A stretch of 64,000 nt of DNA from Hydrogenophilales bacterium. Its GTDB lineage: Bacteria > Pseudomonadota > Gammaproteobacteria > Burkholderiales > Eutrophovitaceae. Both the position numbers and the translations under genes were made by a program. The stretch is taken from positions 11,089 through 75,088 of the forward strand of contig CACOJS010000007.1 of assembly GCA_902627495.1 (NCBI GenBank), in the 5' to 3' direction. The first letter of the stretch is position 1, and every line of letters begins with the position of its first letter. Positions 36,821 through 47,892 of this stretch are shown piece by piece. The notes under the pieces were generated by a model, which was given only the letters and a program-made list of their open reading frames with translations, had not been told where the DNA came from and did no database searches.

Positions 36821-38077
36821 ATGAAGCAAGTATTAGTTGTAGATGATGAGGGTGGAATAAGAGAGTTACTCTACGAAATTTTATCAGAGGAGGGTTACAA
36901 AGTAACCTTAGCCACTAATGCTGAAGAGGCTCGTGATATAAGAAAAAAAACCCGGCCTGATCTAGTTCTTCTTGACATATGGATGCCTGACACTGATGGG
37001 ATAACATTACTTAAGGAGTGGGGTGCTCGTGGTCAATTAACAATGCCCGTGATAATGATGTCGGGTCATGGCACGATTGACACAGCTGTTGAGGCAACTC
37101 GAATCGGAGCTCATGCTTTTCTGGAAAAGCCATTTGCTGTTAGAAAACTTTTATCTCGTGTTGCAACTGCGTTGGAAAAATTTAAAAAACCAGTTTCGCA
37201 GAATATTGTTTCATTGGTAGGTGGTTCGAAACTGGCACAAGCTTTCAGGGAACAAGTAGAAAAGATGAAAAGCAGTCGAACATCAGTCTTATTGTTAGCA
37301 GAACCAGGACTGGATGTGGTTGAAATAGCCAAAGAGTTTCACGTGCAGTCTTCGCCTTGGGTTGAGCTGGTAAGCGGGGAATTAGATAGACAGTGGGAAA
37401 AAAGATCACAAGCAATTGTTGAAGGTAGTATCATTTATTTGGATAAAGTTGATCTCTTCAAGCAAAACCAGCAACAGTTGTTAAAAAAATATTTAAAGAA
37501 AATAGATTCTAAAAATTATAGGGTGATAGCATCCGCATCAACGAATCTCACAGATCTTATAGCAGATAGGAATTTTGATTCTGATTTGTATGTATTATTG
37601 GCAGGAGTTCTCTTAGTTCCCCCTGCTTTACGCTCGCGTCCAGAGGACATACCAGAAATAGCAAACCTCATACTGGAACGAGAGGCTGATGCTCGAGATC
37701 TCCGAATAAAAGGCTTTTCCACCGCTGCACTAAATGCACTCAGAAATTATCCGTGGCCAGGTAATATTGCTCAATTGGAAGCAGTCCTAAGGACTAGCGT
37801 TCAATTAGCGTCAGGGGATTTGATTGATCTTGAGGATATTGAAGGAGTAATTACCGAACAAACGAAAATAGTTGGCCACATTCAGACTCCTGTTGCCTTT
37901 GATCTTTCCTTGAGGGAGGCTAAGGATGTATTCGAGAAAATGTATTTCGAGTATCACCTCGTTAATGAAAAAGGTAGTATCAGTAAGGTATCAGAATCGA
38001 CGGGAGTTGAACGCACTCACCTTTACAGAAAATTGAAAAATCTTGGTATCAAGGTGCCTCGCAAAGGAGCAAAATGA
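36821..38077 (+). CDS. NtrX-like response regulator (REC + degenerate AAA+ + Fis HTH)
   Basis: VVDDE, LLDIWMPDTDG, MMSGHGTIDTAVEAT, WPGN, ERTHLYRKLK. Confidence 0.88.
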   Translation: MKQVLVVDDEGGIRELLYEILSEEGYKVTLATNAEEARDIRKKTRPDLVLLDIWMPDTDGITLLKEWGARGQLTMPVIMMSGHGTIDTAVEATRIGAHAFLEKPFAVRKLLSRVATALEKFKKPVSQNIVSLVGGSKLAQAFREQVEKMKSSRTSVLLLAEPGLDVVEIAKEFHVQSSPWVELVSGELDRQWEKRSQAIVEGSIIYLDKVDLFKQNQQQLLKKYLKKIDSKNYRVIASASTNLTDLIADRNFDSDLYVLLAGVLLVPPALRSRPEDIPEIANLILEREADARDLRIKGFSTAALNALRNYPWPGNIAQLEAVLRTSVQLASGDLIDLEDIEGVITEQTKIVGHIQTPVAFDLSLREAKDVFEKMYFEYHLVNEKGSISKVSESTGVERTHLYRKLKNLGIKVPRKGAK

Positions 38078-38117
38078 AGCATCTAAGTTTTTAAACTAGC
38101 ACTTGGACTAATACAAA

Positions 38118-40130
38118 ATGGAAAATAGAAAAGAACTAGCAAATGCAATACGTGCCCTTTCGATGGATGCAGTGGAAAAAGCCCAATCAGGGCACCCCGG
38201 CATGCCCATGGGTATGGCTGAAATTGCAGAATCTTTATGGCGAATGCACCTTCGCCATAACCCCAAAGACCCCAACTGGATAAATCGGGATAGGTTCGTA
38301 ATTTCCAACGGCCATGGGTCTATGTTGCTATATGCAGTTCTTCATCTCACGGGCTATCCATTATCCATAGAAGATTTGAAAAGATTTAGGCAATTGGGCT
38401 CTTCCACCCCCGGGCACCCAGAATTTGGACTCACCACTGGAGTCGAGACCACAACAGGTCCTCTTGGCCAAGGGTTGGCTAATGCAGTAGGTATGGCCAT
38501 AGCTGAAAAGATCCTATCACAACAGTTTAATGAGCCAGGGTTTGATATTTTTAATCATCATACATATGTATTTTTGGGGGATGGATGTTTAATGGAAGGG
38601 GTTTCCCATGAAGCATCATCATTAGCCGGGGTGCTAGGTTTAGGAAAACTAATAGCACTTTATGATGATAACAGCATATCTATTGACTCTGACAAAGGAA
38701 ATATAAAAAACTGGTTTAATGATGATACCCCCGGGAGATTTCAGTCGTATGATTGGCATGTTATTCGGGATGTGGATGGCCATAGCAATGAAGCAGTAGA
38801 CAGGGCCATACTTGACGCAAAGGCAAATCCCAATCAACCTACCATAATATGTTGCAAAACAGTCATAGGAAAAGGTTCTCCGAATAAACAGGGAACGGGG
38901 GGAGTTCACGGTGCCCCACTAGGTCGAGAGGAAATTGATCTTACAAGAAAAAATATCAATTGGAAATATGCACCATTTGAGATTCCAAAAGAGATTTATG
39001 ATTCGTGGAATTGTGCAGACAAAGGAAAAGAATTACAAAACCAATGGATTACAAAGTTTGACGAATATGCTAAGAAATTCCCGGATAAAGCGGCAGAAAT
39101 TAATCGAAGAATAGACAAAAAATTGCCAGATGGTTGGTTGACCTTTAGAAATGAGCTGTTGCAGGGTATCGAGCGAGATCGTCAGGACATTGCCACGAGA
39201 AAAGCATCGCAGCAAATTATAGAGCGTTTTAAGTCTTTTATACCAGAGTTGCTCGGAGGTTCTGCTGATTTGGCAGCCTCTAATTTAACGATGCATTCCT
39301 CAGCTAACCCCTTGACAAAAAGTAAAGGGACCGGCGATTATCTTTTTTATGGTGTTAGAGAGTTTGGCATGGCTGCCATCATGAATGGTATAGAGTTGTA
39401 CGGCGGTTTGATTCCTTTTGGGGGAACTTTTTTGGTATTTTCTGATTATGCCAGAAACTCCCTTAGAATGTCAGCCCTCATGAAATTACGAACAATTTAT
39501 GTATTTACCCACGACTCGGTAGGATTGGGTGAAGACGGCCCCACACATCAGCCTATCGAGCAGGCATCCTCATTGAGGTTGATGCCAAACATGAAGGTTT
39601 GGAGGCCTTGTGATGCATTTGAGACTGCCGTTGCTTGGATTGCTGCCCTTGAAAACCAGGGTGGCCCGACTAGTATATTATTGTCCCGACAAACCTTGCC
39701 ATACCAGGAACGGTCAGGCGTGGATTATGATGATGTTTTTCGAGGGGGGTACACTCTGGTTGATGTGAAATCCCCGGCCGGTATAATTTTAGCTACTGGT
39801 TCAGAGGTTGGTATAGCAGTCAATGCTGCACAAGTATTGAAAGCCAGTGGATATGCGGTGAGAGTCGTTTCTATGCCATGTACAAATGTATTTGATGATC
39901 AGAGTCCAGAATACAAAGAAAAGGTTTTACCAGATGGAATTCCAAGAGTGGCAATTGAGGCAGGTGTAACGGATTTTTGGCGAAAATATGTCGGTTTGAG
40001 AGGACACGTATTAGGAGTAGATATATATGGTGAGTCAGCACCTGGAAAAGAGGTTTTTGAACATTTTGGACTGACGGTGGACAATTTGGTTAAAAAGGCA
40101 AAGACTATTCTAGATAAAAAATATAGTTAA
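38118..40130 (+). CDS. tkt: Transketolase
   Basis: [40 protein letters not shown]. Confidence 0.99.
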   Translation: MENRKELANAIRALSMDAVEKAQSGHPGMPMGMAEIAESLWRMHLRHNPKDPNWINRDRFVISNGHGSMLLYAVLHLTGYPLSIEDLKRFRQLGSSTPGHPEFGLTTGVETTTGPLGQGLANAVGMAIAEKILSQQFNEPGFDIFNHHTYVFLGDGCLMEGVSHEASSLAGVLGLGKLIALYDDNSISIDSDKGNIKNWFNDDTPGRFQSYDWHVIRDVDGHSNEAVDRAILDAKANPNQPTIICCKTVIGKGSPNKQGTGGVHGAPLGREEIDLTRKNINWKYAPFEIPKEIYDSWNCADKGKELQNQWITKFDEYAKKFPDKAAEINRRIDKKLPDGWLTFRNELLQGIERDRQDIATRKASQQIIERFKSFIPELLGGSADLAASNLTMHSSANPLTKSKGTGDYLFYGVREFGMAAIMNGIELYGGLIPFGGTFLVFSDYARNSLRMSALMKLRTIYVFTHDSVGLGEDGPTHQPIEQASSLRLMPNMKVWRPCDAFETAVAWIAALENQGGPTSILLSRQTLPYQERSGVDYDDVFRGGYTLVDVKSPAGIILATGSEVGIAVNAAQVLKASGYAVRVVSMPCTNVFDDQSPEYKEKVLPDGIPRVAIEAGVTDFWRKYVGLRGHVLGVDIYGESAPGKEVFEHFGLTVDNLVKKAKTILDKKYS

Positions 40131-40141
40131 GGGAAATATCA

Positions 40142-41155
40142 ATGACAATAAGGGTTGCAATAAATGGTTTCGGAAGAATTGGTCGGAATGTTTTAAGAGC
40201 CAGCTTTGAAGGTTCGATGTCGTCAGAGCTGGAAATAGTAGCTATTAATGATTTGGGGGATGCTGCAACAAATGCACATTTAATCAAATATGACACTGCA
40301 CACGGAATTTTCCCAGGAACCATTGAGGTGGGTGATGGTTATTTGACAGTAAATGGTAAAAAAGTCAAAGTCCTGGCCCACAGAGACCCGGCAGATTTGC
40401 CTTGGGAAAGCATGTCAATTGACGTTGTTCTAGAGTGTACCGGGCTGTTTACAGCTCGAAAACGGGCTGCTGCCCATTTGCAGGCTGGTGCCAAAAAAGT
40501 CCTGATATCTGCTCCCGGCGACAAGGATGTTGATGCTACAGTTGTCTTTGGAGTGAACCACAAAACCTTGACTGCATCTCACCAAGTTGTTTCAAATGCG
40601 TCTTGCACTACTAACTGTCTGGCTCCTATCGCTAAAGTGCTACATGAGCAAATAGGTATCGAAAGTGGCCTAATGACAACCATCCACTCTTATACCAATG
40701 ATCAGGTATTGAGCGATGTGTATCACCAAGATCTAAGGCGAGCTAGATCCGCAACAATGTCAATGATACCAACTAAAACAGGGGCAGCGGCAGCAGTAGG
40801 GCTTGTTCTGCCAGAATTGAGCGGAAGATTAGATGGTTTTGCCATTAGGGTTCCGACAATTAATGTGTCAATGGTTGATTTGTCCTTTGTGGCCTCACGT
40901 AGTACGAGTGCGGAGCAGATTGAAGACATAGTTGCAGAAGCAGTTGCTGGTAATCTTAAAAATATTCTGGCAATAAATAGGGCTCCATTGGTTTCGGTGG
41001 ACTTTAATCATAATCCAGCATCCTCAATTTTTGATACTACACTCACTAAGGTATCGGATGGGACCTTAGTCAAGGTGTGTGCTTGGTATGATAATGAGTG
41101 GGGTTTTTCAAACCGCATGCTTGATGTTGCGATGTACCTGGCGTCAATAAAATAA
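40142..41155 (+). CDS. gap: Glyceraldehyde-3-phosphate dehydrogenase
   Basis: [30 protein letters not shown]. Confidence 0.98.
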   Translation: MTIRVAINGFGRIGRNVLRASFEGSMSSELEIVAINDLGDAATNAHLIKYDTAHGIFPGTIEVGDGYLTVNGKKVKVLAHRDPADLPWESMSIDVVLECTGLFTARKRAAAHLQAGAKKVLISAPGDKDVDATVVFGVNHKTLTASHQVVSNASCTTNCLAPIAKVLHEQIGIESGLMTTIHSYTNDQVLSDVYHQDLRRARSATMSMIPTKTGAAAAVGLVLPELSGRLDGFAIRVPTINVSMVDLSFVASRSTSAEQIEDIVAEAVAGNLKNILAINRAPLVSVDFNHNPASSIFDTTLTKVSDGTLVKVCAWYDNEWGFSNRMLDVAMYLASIK

Positions 41156-41165
41156 CCAACTGTAA

Positions 41166-42338
41166 ATGCCTGTTCCAAGCATATCTGATTTTTCACTGAC
41201 TAACAGAAGGGTTTTTCTGCGAGCAGATTTTAACGTTCCGATGGACGAAAAGGGAGTGGTCCTTGATTCTAGTCGGGTAGAGGCATCTCTACCTGCTATA
41301 AAATATGCTTTAGAGGACGGGGCGGCTTTAATGGTGACTTCACATCTGGGGCGACCAAAAGAGGGAAAGTGGGAAGCCAAGTTTTCTCTGGAAGGGGTTA
41401 GATTAGAGCTCAGTAAACTTCTTAATCGTCATATTCCCCTTATTAAAAACTGGGTAGACGGGGTAACAGTTAATCGTGGCGAAATAGTCTTACTTGAAAA
41501 CTGTCGATTTAACCAAGGAGAAAAAAGTTGTGATATTAATTTATCAAAAAAAATGTCGGGTTTATGTGACATATTTGTTAATGATGCCTTTGCAACAGCA
41601 CACAGGATGGAAGCAACGACCTACGGTTTGGCTAAATACGCCAATATAGCGTGTGCAGGACCTTTAATGACATCTGAGTTGCGAGCACTCTCTAAGGCAT
41701 TGAGCTCACCAGCCCGTCCTTTGGTTGCCGTCGTGGGAGGATCAAAAATATCCACAAAATTACCAGTTCTTTCCGGATTGGCGGAAAAAGTTGACCACCT
41801 TATAGTTGGCGGTGGAATTGCTAACACTTTTTTACTCTCGCAAGGGTATAATATCGGAGGTTCTTTGGTAGAGAAAGATCTACAGTTTGAAGCCACCCGG
41901 ATCATAGAAAAGATAAAAAACAAGGGAGGATCTTGTCCGTTACCAGACGATATTGTAAGTGGACCAGGCATAGAAGCTGGAGGCGATTGCCAAATAAAAT
42001 CTCTTAAAGATCTTTCCAGTAATGAGATGATACTGGATGTTGGGCCAAATACTATTAATAAATTCTGTGAAATAATAGGTAGTGCTGGCACAGTGGTATG
42101 GAATGGACCTCTGGGGGTATTCGAGATTGACGACTTTTCGCACGGAACAAAGGCCATGGGAAAAGCAATAGAGAAGTCAAATGCGTTTTCGATTGCAGGT
42201 GGTGGAGATACAATTGCTGCCATTAATAAATTCTCTATAATAAATATCGATTACATATCCACGGCTGGTGGTGCGTTCCTAGAGTTTTTAGAGGGCAAGA
42301 CACTTCCGGCGGTAGCAGCATTGGAGAGAAGATTGTAA
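41166..42338 (+). CDS. pgk: Phosphoglycerate kinase
   Basis: RADFNVP, SHLGRP, NDAFATAHR, WNGPLGVFE, GGGDT, STAGGAFLEFLEG. Confidence 0.99.
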   Translation: MPVPSISDFSLTNRRVFLRADFNVPMDEKGVVLDSSRVEASLPAIKYALEDGAALMVTSHLGRPKEGKWEAKFSLEGVRLELSKLLNRHIPLIKNWVDGVTVNRGEIVLLENCRFNQGEKSCDINLSKKMSGLCDIFVNDAFATAHRMEATTYGLAKYANIACAGPLMTSELRALSKALSSPARPLVAVVGGSKISTKLPVLSGLAEKVDHLIVGGGIANTFLLSQGYNIGGSLVEKDLQFEATRIIEKIKNKGGSCPLPDDIVSGPGIEAGGDCQIKSLKDLSSNEMILDVGPNTINKFCEIIGSAGTVVWNGPLGVFEIDDFSHGTKAMGKAIEKSNAFSIAGGGDTIAAINKFSIINIDYISTAGGAFLEFLEGKTLPAVAALERRL

Positions 42339-42459
42339 TAACCTAAGATAATTGCGGGTAAGACTGTTAAATTGCTAATATGTGAAAAGTAAAAATTAGT
42401 CCATATTGGGTTGATTTAAATTTAACCATCAAATTTATTATAAACATAAGGAAAAAATA

Positions 42460-43518
42460 ATGGCGTTGGTTTCTATGAGGCAGGTGTTAGATCATGCTGC
42501 CGAAAATAATTATGGTGTGCCCGCATTTAACGTGAATAATCTTGAGCAGATTCAGGCTATTATGCAGGCTGCCAGCGAGACAAATAGTCCAGTAATTATG
42601 CAAGCCTCAGCGGGTGCTCGAAAATATGCGGGAGAGCCTTTCTTAAGGCATTTAATCTTAGCAGCTGTTGAGATGTTTCCTGATATTCCAGTTGTTATGC
42701 ATCAAGATCATGGGGGCAGTCCTGCCGTTTGCCAGCGGTCAATAAGGTCTGGATTCACAAGTGTAATGATGGATGGCTCCTTACATGAAGATATGAAAAC
42801 ACCGGCTTCTTATGAATACAATGTCAATGTTACTCGTCAAGTGGTAGATATGGCTCATGCCGTTGGAGTATCAGTTGAGGGTGAGTTAGGTTGTCTCGGT
42901 TCGTTGGAAACTATGGAGGCTGGTAAAGAGGATGGTTCAGGTGCGGAAGGAGAGTTAACTCGAGAAATGCTATTGACCGACCCGGGGGAAGCTGAAAATT
43001 TCGTGCGGGAAACACAAGTTGATGCATTAGCTATAGCCATAGGAACTTCACATGGTGCCTATAAGTTTTCGCGTAAACCAACCGGTGACATCTTGGCTAT
43101 GAATCGCATCAAAGAGATACACGAGAGAATTCCTCAAACTCATTTAGTCATGCACGGCTCCTCTAGTGTTCCTCAAGAGTGGCTTCAAATTATCCGGGAA
43201 AATGGTGGTGACCTAAAAGAGACCTACGGGGTTCCCGTTGAAGAAATACAAGAAGGCATTAAACATGGGGTTCGGAAAATAAACATCGATACTGATGTGA
43301 GGTTAGCGATGACAGGTGCAGTACGACGTTATTTTGTTCAAAATAAATCAGAATTTGATCCGAGAAAATATCTAAAAGAAGCAATGGTTGCTGCAAAATC
43401 AATATGCATGGCTCGTTTTGAGGCATTTGGAACCGCGGGGAATGCCGCTAAAATTAAACCAATGGCACTGGACATGTTCGCGTTGCAGTACGAGGTACTT
43501 AGGCAGTCAAACAAATAA
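42460..43518 (+). CDS. fba: Class II fructose-bisphosphate aldolase
   Basis: [43 protein letters not shown]. Confidence 0.98.
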   Translation: MALVSMRQVLDHAAENNYGVPAFNVNNLEQIQAIMQAASETNSPVIMQASAGARKYAGEPFLRHLILAAVEMFPDIPVVMHQDHGGSPAVCQRSIRSGFTSVMMDGSLHEDMKTPASYEYNVNVTRQVVDMAHAVGVSVEGELGCLGSLETMEAGKEDGSGAEGELTREMLLTDPGEAENFVRETQVDALAIAIGTSHGAYKFSRKPTGDILAMNRIKEIHERIPQTHLVMHGSSSVPQEWLQIIRENGGDLKETYGVPVEEIQEGIKHGVRKINIDTDVRLAMTGAVRRYFVQNKSEFDPRKYLKEAMVAAKSICMARFEAFGTAGNAAKIKPMALDMFALQYEVLRQSNK

Positions 43519-43588
43519 AGCATAAATTTCGTAAGTTTGTTCGCGAGCAAATTTCGCTAAGATTAGATTTAATGATTAAGAGGGTATT

Positions 43589-44122
43589 ATGAGGGCAAGG
43601 CACGTGGACTCAGGGACAAAACTGGTGGGCATTGTCATGGGCAGCAAAAGTGATTGGCCAATTATGTCTAAGGCGTGCGAAACACTCAAGAAACTCAAAA
43701 TACCCTTCAAAGCTGAGGTAGTGTCGGCACACAGAACACCTGATAAAATGTTCGAATATGCCAAAGTTGCGGAAAAAAATGGACTGGCGGGAATTATAGC
43801 GGGAGCTGGTGGAGCTGCTCACTTGCCTGGAATGCTAGCTTCAAAAACAACGGTGCCAGTATTTGGTGTGCCAATCACCTCATCAAGCCTTAAAGGGCTC
43901 GATTCTCTTTTGTCTATAGCTCAGATGCCGAAGGGTGTCCCGGTAGCAACGTTTGCAATAGGGGAACCTGGTGCTATAAATGCGGCTTTGTTTGTTGCCG
44001 CTATTATGGCCACAACCGATAAAGATCTCAGCAAAAGATTACTAGCTTTTCGAGCCAAACAAAGTGCCGACGTGGTAGCCATGAAGTTGCCCAGGTCGAT
44101 TTGGCCGCAAAAGAGAGTTTAA
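43589..44122 (+). CDS. purE: N5-CAIR mutase
   Basis: MGSKSD, SAHRTP, AGAGGAAHLPGM, QMPKGVPVAT. Confidence 0.98.
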   Translation: MRARHVDSGTKLVGIVMGSKSDWPIMSKACETLKKLKIPFKAEVVSAHRTPDKMFEYAKVAEKNGLAGIIAGAGGAAHLPGMLASKTTVPVFGVPITSSSLKGLDSLLSIAQMPKGVPVATFAIGEPGAINAALFVAAIMATTDKDLSKRLLAFRAKQSADVVAMKLPRSIWPQKRV

Positions 44123-45261
44123 TGGAGAGAATAGAGCCAAACAGTTGGCTGGGTTTAATGGGTGGCGGTCAACTAGGTAGGATGTTTTCGATTTCGGCAC
44201 AGCAACTCGGCTATAAGGTTATGGTAATTGATCCAAATCAATCAGCCCCAGCTATTAGTGTTGCAAACTTTCATCTATGTTCGGATTACAGTGACAAAAG
44301 TGCTTTAAATCAATTAGCAAAAAGGTGCAAGGCTGTAACTACAGAATTTGAAAATGTTCCCGCTGAGAGCTTAGATTTTCTAAGCAGAGAAGTAATTGTC
44401 TCTCCTAGCTACCAGGCAGTACAGATATGTCAAGATCGGATTTTAGAAAAAAACTTTATAAAAAACAGAGGCTTTAAAACAACACCGTTTAAGGTTATAG
44501 ATTCTTATGATGATTTTCCTGATCAAGATATAGATGGAGGGTTCTTCCCAGGCTTTCTCAAGGTTAGTCGCTTTGGGTATGATGGAAAAGGGCAAGTTAA
44601 GGTCTCTGACGTGGTGGGCTTAAAAAAGGCTTTTGAAAAATTTGGTCGATGTCCATGTGTTTTGGAAAAAGAATTGAAATTAGAAAAAGAGATTTCAGTC
44701 ATTTTGGCTCGTGGCGAAGAGGGAAACGTAGTCATCTACCCAATCGCAGAAAATACCCACAAAAATGGCATCCTGGACTTTAGTGTTATTCCAGCTGATA
44801 TTTCGGCCGAAATTAGTGATGAGGCGAAGCAGATAGCAGTAGACATAGCGAAAAACCTACAATATGTTGGGGTCTTGTGTGTTGAGTTTTTTTTACATAA
44901 ACAACAGGGTCTATTGGTGAATGAGTTAGCCCCTCGTCCGCATAATAGTGGGCACTTTACTCTTAACGCTTGTGTTGTGTCGCAATTTGAACAACAGGTT
45001 AGAACGCTCTGTAAATTGCCGCTTGGGCAGACCACCATAACCAGTCCATCTGCGGTTATGGTCAATTTGCTTGGGCATCTATGGGAAAATGGTGATCCCA
45101 ACTGGTCCGACTTACTGAGTAATGGCAATACCTCGTTGCATCTTTATGGAAAAGAGAAGGCTGTTAAAGGTCGGAAAATGGGTCACTATACTGTTCTAGG
45201 TGGTAGTTCCGGGGTAACTAAAGAATTAGCATTTCGGTTAAAAAAATCGCTGAGTGTTTGA
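44122..45261 (+). CDS. purK: N5-CAIR synthase
   Basis: GGGQLGRM, TTEFENVP, GYDGKGQ, NELAPRPHNSGH, RKMGH. ATG at 44122 overlaps the purE stop. Confidence 0.97.
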   Translation: MERIEPNSWLGLMGGGQLGRMFSISAQQLGYKVMVIDPNQSAPAISVANFHLCSDYSDKSALNQLAKRCKAVTTEFENVPAESLDFLSREVIVSPSYQAVQICQDRILEKNFIKNRGFKTTPFKVIDSYDDFPDQDIDGGFFPGFLKVSRFGYDGKGQVKVSDVVGLKKAFEKFGRCPCVLEKELKLEKEISVILARGEEGNVVIYPIAENTHKNGILDFSVIPADISAEISDEAKQIAVDIAKNLQYVGVLCVEFFLHKQQGLLVNELAPRPHNSGHFTLNACVVSQFEQQVRTLCKLPLGQTTITSPSAVMVNLLGHLWENGDPNWSDLLSNGNTSLHLYGKEKAVKGRKMGHYTVLGGSSGVTKELAFRLKKSLSV

Positions 45262-46159
45262 TGACAAAAGTATTAGTATGAATAAACCAGTTTTTGAAAC
45301 AAACCTAAAGTCACTGCAGTTGTTAAATAGAGGTAAAGTAAGAGACCTTTACTTGATTGATGAAGATCGCTTACTAATTGTTCAAACAGATAGAATCTCT
45401 GCTTTTGATACAGTTTTACCTAGTGCCATTCCTGGTAAGGGTAAGGTTTTAACTGAAATGTCCAAGTATTGGTTCAAAAAGTTTTCAAAACTTGTGCCTA
45501 ATCATTATTTGGAAATAGACCCGTTAATTTTTGTAGAGCAGGAGGAATATCAACAAGTTGAAGGAAGAGCTTTAGTAGTAAAGAAATTAATTCCAATACA
45601 GTTTGAAGCTGTTGTTAGAGGATACCTCGCAGGATCAGGTTGGGAAGAATATCAAACGTCTAAGAGTATTAGTGGTGAATCCATGGAGTCTGGCCTCGAC
45701 ATTGGTGACAAATTACACGAGCCGCTTTTCACTCCATCGACAAAAGCCAATCTTGGTGAGCATGATATAAACATATCCTTTGAGCAAATGGTAGAGGCGA
45801 TCGGTATGGAGACGGCCAATATTATTAAAGACAAGTCGATCCAGCTTTATGAGAATGCCAGCTCTTTTTGTGTTGGGAAGGGATTGATCCTAGCTGATAC
45901 TAAATTTGAATTTGGTCTTGATGATCGGGGTCAAGTATTTCTGATAGACGAAATACTTACACCTGACTCATCACGCTTCTGGTCAGTAGATACTTACGAA
46001 ACGGGCAAGCCACCACTATCTTTCGATAAACAATATGTTCGGGATTGGCTTAATGCTCAAGATTGGGATAAATCTACCGAACCACCGCCGTTGCCAGAAA
46101 ATATAATTATGAAAACACAAAAGAAATATTGTCACGCACTAAAGATAATTTGCGGATAG
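45254..46159 (+). CDS. purC: SAICAR synthase
   Basis: GKVRDLY, TDRISAFD, ADTKFEFG, DEILTPDSSRFW, SFDKQYVRDWL. Confidence 0.98.
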   Translation: MFDDKSISMNKPVFETNLKSLQLLNRGKVRDLYLIDEDRLLIVQTDRISAFDTVLPSAIPGKGKVLTEMSKYWFKKFSKLVPNHYLEIDPLIFVEQEEYQQVEGRALVVKKLIPIQFEAVVRGYLAGSGWEEYQTSKSISGESMESGLDIGDKLHEPLFTPSTKANLGEHDINISFEQMVEAIGMETANIIKDKSIQLYENASSFCVGKGLILADTKFEFGLDDRGQVFLIDEILTPDSSRFWSVDTYETGKPPLSFDKQYVRDWLNAQDWDKSTEPPPLPENIIMKTQKKYCHALKIICG

Positions 46160-46193
46160 TATTGGATTCCTGTTAAAAAAATTTGGACTAAAA

Positions 46194-47207
46194 TTGAAAT
46201 CATTAGAAGATCAAATTCGGGTTGGTATTGATTGTTTAAAGCGGGGAGGTGTTATTGGCTTTCCAACTGAGACTGTATTTGGTCTCGGAGGAGATGCAAC
46301 CAATCCAAATGCCATTGCTCGTATCTATGAGGTAAAATCCCGGCCAAAGGAGCACCCTTTAATACTCCATCTTGGAGGGGTGAGGGACCTTGATAAATGG
46401 GTCCAAAAGGTTCCATTGTCAGCTGAAATTCTTGCGTCAAAGTTCTGGCCAGGGCCCCTAACCTTGATACTGAAAGCGATACCTGACATGGGTGTAGAGT
46501 TTAGGGGGAGGAATAACACAGTAGCTGTGAGGGTTCCAGCTCACCCAGTGGCTCAAGCGTTGATACTAGGATTGGGTAAAGGGGTTGTTGCCCCATCCGC
46601 GAATCGGTTTGGCAGACTATCACCAACATCGGCTCAGCATGTTTCCGAAGAGCTCGGTTCAAAAATAGATATGGTGATAGATGGTGCGACTTGCTCCATA
46701 GGCATCGAATCTACAATTGTTGATCTTACGGAGAAAGTCCCATTAATTTTGAGGCCTGGACATATCGACGAAAAACAAATAAGTGATACACTCGGAGAAG
46801 AAGTCCTAAGTTTAGAATCAAGAAAAAATAAAGCCCCGGGATCACATCCTGTTCATTACGCTCCAAACACCCCTCTGACGGTTGTCTATCGTGACGATAT
46901 GGAAAAGTTTCTTCATAAAGACTCTGGTAACATTTCAGTGGCCGTATTGGGACGATCAAAAAGGCCCTTTTTTTCAGCGGCAGCAGTGTGGCAAGTTGCC
47001 CCATCTGATCCTGTCAATTATGCAAGGAATTTATACGCGTTATTACGTCGTTTAGACCATTCAGGGTGTGATCTAATAGCGGTGGAGGAACCACCTCATA
47101 AAATGAATTGGTTTGCAATTCATGATAGACTAAAAAAAAGCTCTATTCCTAAAATGGCCTTGCCAGAATTTATTAAAAATCAAAGCCGGAAAAAAACTAT
47201 AAAATGA
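46194..47207 (+). CDS. tsaC: Threonylcarbamoyl-AMP synthase, Sua5-type (with C-terminal SUA5 domain)
   Basis: FPTETVFGLG, KSRP..HPLILH, FWPGPLT, APSAN, GIESTIVD, PG...HYAP. Confidence 0.93.
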   Translation: MKSLEDQIRVGIDCLKRGGVIGFPTETVFGLGGDATNPNAIARIYEVKSRPKEHPLILHLGGVRDLDKWVQKVPLSAEILASKFWPGPLTLILKAIPDMGVEFRGRNNTVAVRVPAHPVAQALILGLGKGVVAPSANRFGRLSPTSAQHVSEELGSKIDMVIDGATCSIGIESTIVDLTEKVPLILRPGHIDEKQISDTLGEEVLSLESRKNKAPGSHPVHYAPNTPLTVVYRDDMEKFLHKDSGNISVAVLGRSKRPFFSAAAVWQVAPSDPVNYARNLYALLRRLDHSGCDLIAVEEPPHKMNWFAIHDRLKKSSIPKMALPEFIKNQSRKKTIK

Positions 47208-47683
47208 CTAAACCTGACAAATGGAAGTACGATGGCGTGCGGGTGGTAAGCTCAAAAGAGTTTAATTTTAATACTGCTCAGACGCCAGGTATGACGAGGG
47301 CGGCCGCCATTACTAGTAGTGTCGGTGGAGCTCAGAAAATATGGGCCGGCACAGTAGTAATAGAACCAAACGCTAAAACTGGGGCCCATCATCATGGGCC
47401 CGTGGAAAGTGTTATTTATGTAGTTTCCGGAAAAGCACGTATGCGGTGGGGTGAGAAGTTAGAGTTTGTAGCTGATGCCCATGAGGGCGAATTTATATAT
47501 GTTCCTCCGTACGTACCTCATCAAGAAATAAATGCTTTGGAGAGTCAACCACTATCTTGCGTGCTTTGCCGAAGTGGTGAGGATCCAGTCGTAGTGAATT
47601 TAGACATCCCCGTCGCAGAGGAGCCTGAGCAGGTTTTTTGGATTGATAACATTCACTCGGCACCCCGGGAGGATGGTCAGTAG
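47204..47683 (+). CDS. Cupin-domain protein
   Basis: Cupin motifs GAHHHGPVESVIYVVSG and GEFIYVPPYVPHQEIN. Confidence 0.85.
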   Translation: MTKPDKWKYDGVRVVSSKEFNFNTAQTPGMTRAAAITSSVGGAQKIWAGTVVIEPNAKTGAHHHGPVESVIYVVSGKARMRWGEKLEFVADAHEGEFIYVPPYVPHQEINALESQPLSCVLCRSGEDPVVVNLDIPVAEEPEQVFWIDNIHSAPREDGQ

Positions 47684-47892
47684 CATTTAGACGTTTGGGT
47701 TTTTTTTGGGGTTTAGGGATAACATTTTACAAGCACAATGTTAAACTTATTACGTTGGCTATGCGGATTAATTTAGGAGATGTATTAGCTAAGAATAAAA
47801 ACTCATGTCCAGAGATTCGACACAAGTGCTTTTTTAGAATATTCAAAAACTGCTGAAAAATCAGTTGAAGCGAGGTCTTGATTTCCCCACTC

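Noticed and set aside
41621-42223. 200-aa antisense ORF inside pgk, and the many other short antisense ORFs in the track
   Set aside because: These are shadow ORFs opposite well-conserved genes, with no recognisable motifs.
40142-43518. tkt-gap-pgk-fba as a Calvin cycle cluster
   Set aside because: No RuBisCO, phosphoribulokinase or cbbR is present in the window.
43519-43570. Imperfect palindrome after fba
   Set aside because: The stem is weak and AT/GU-rich without a clear U-tail, too weak to call a terminator.
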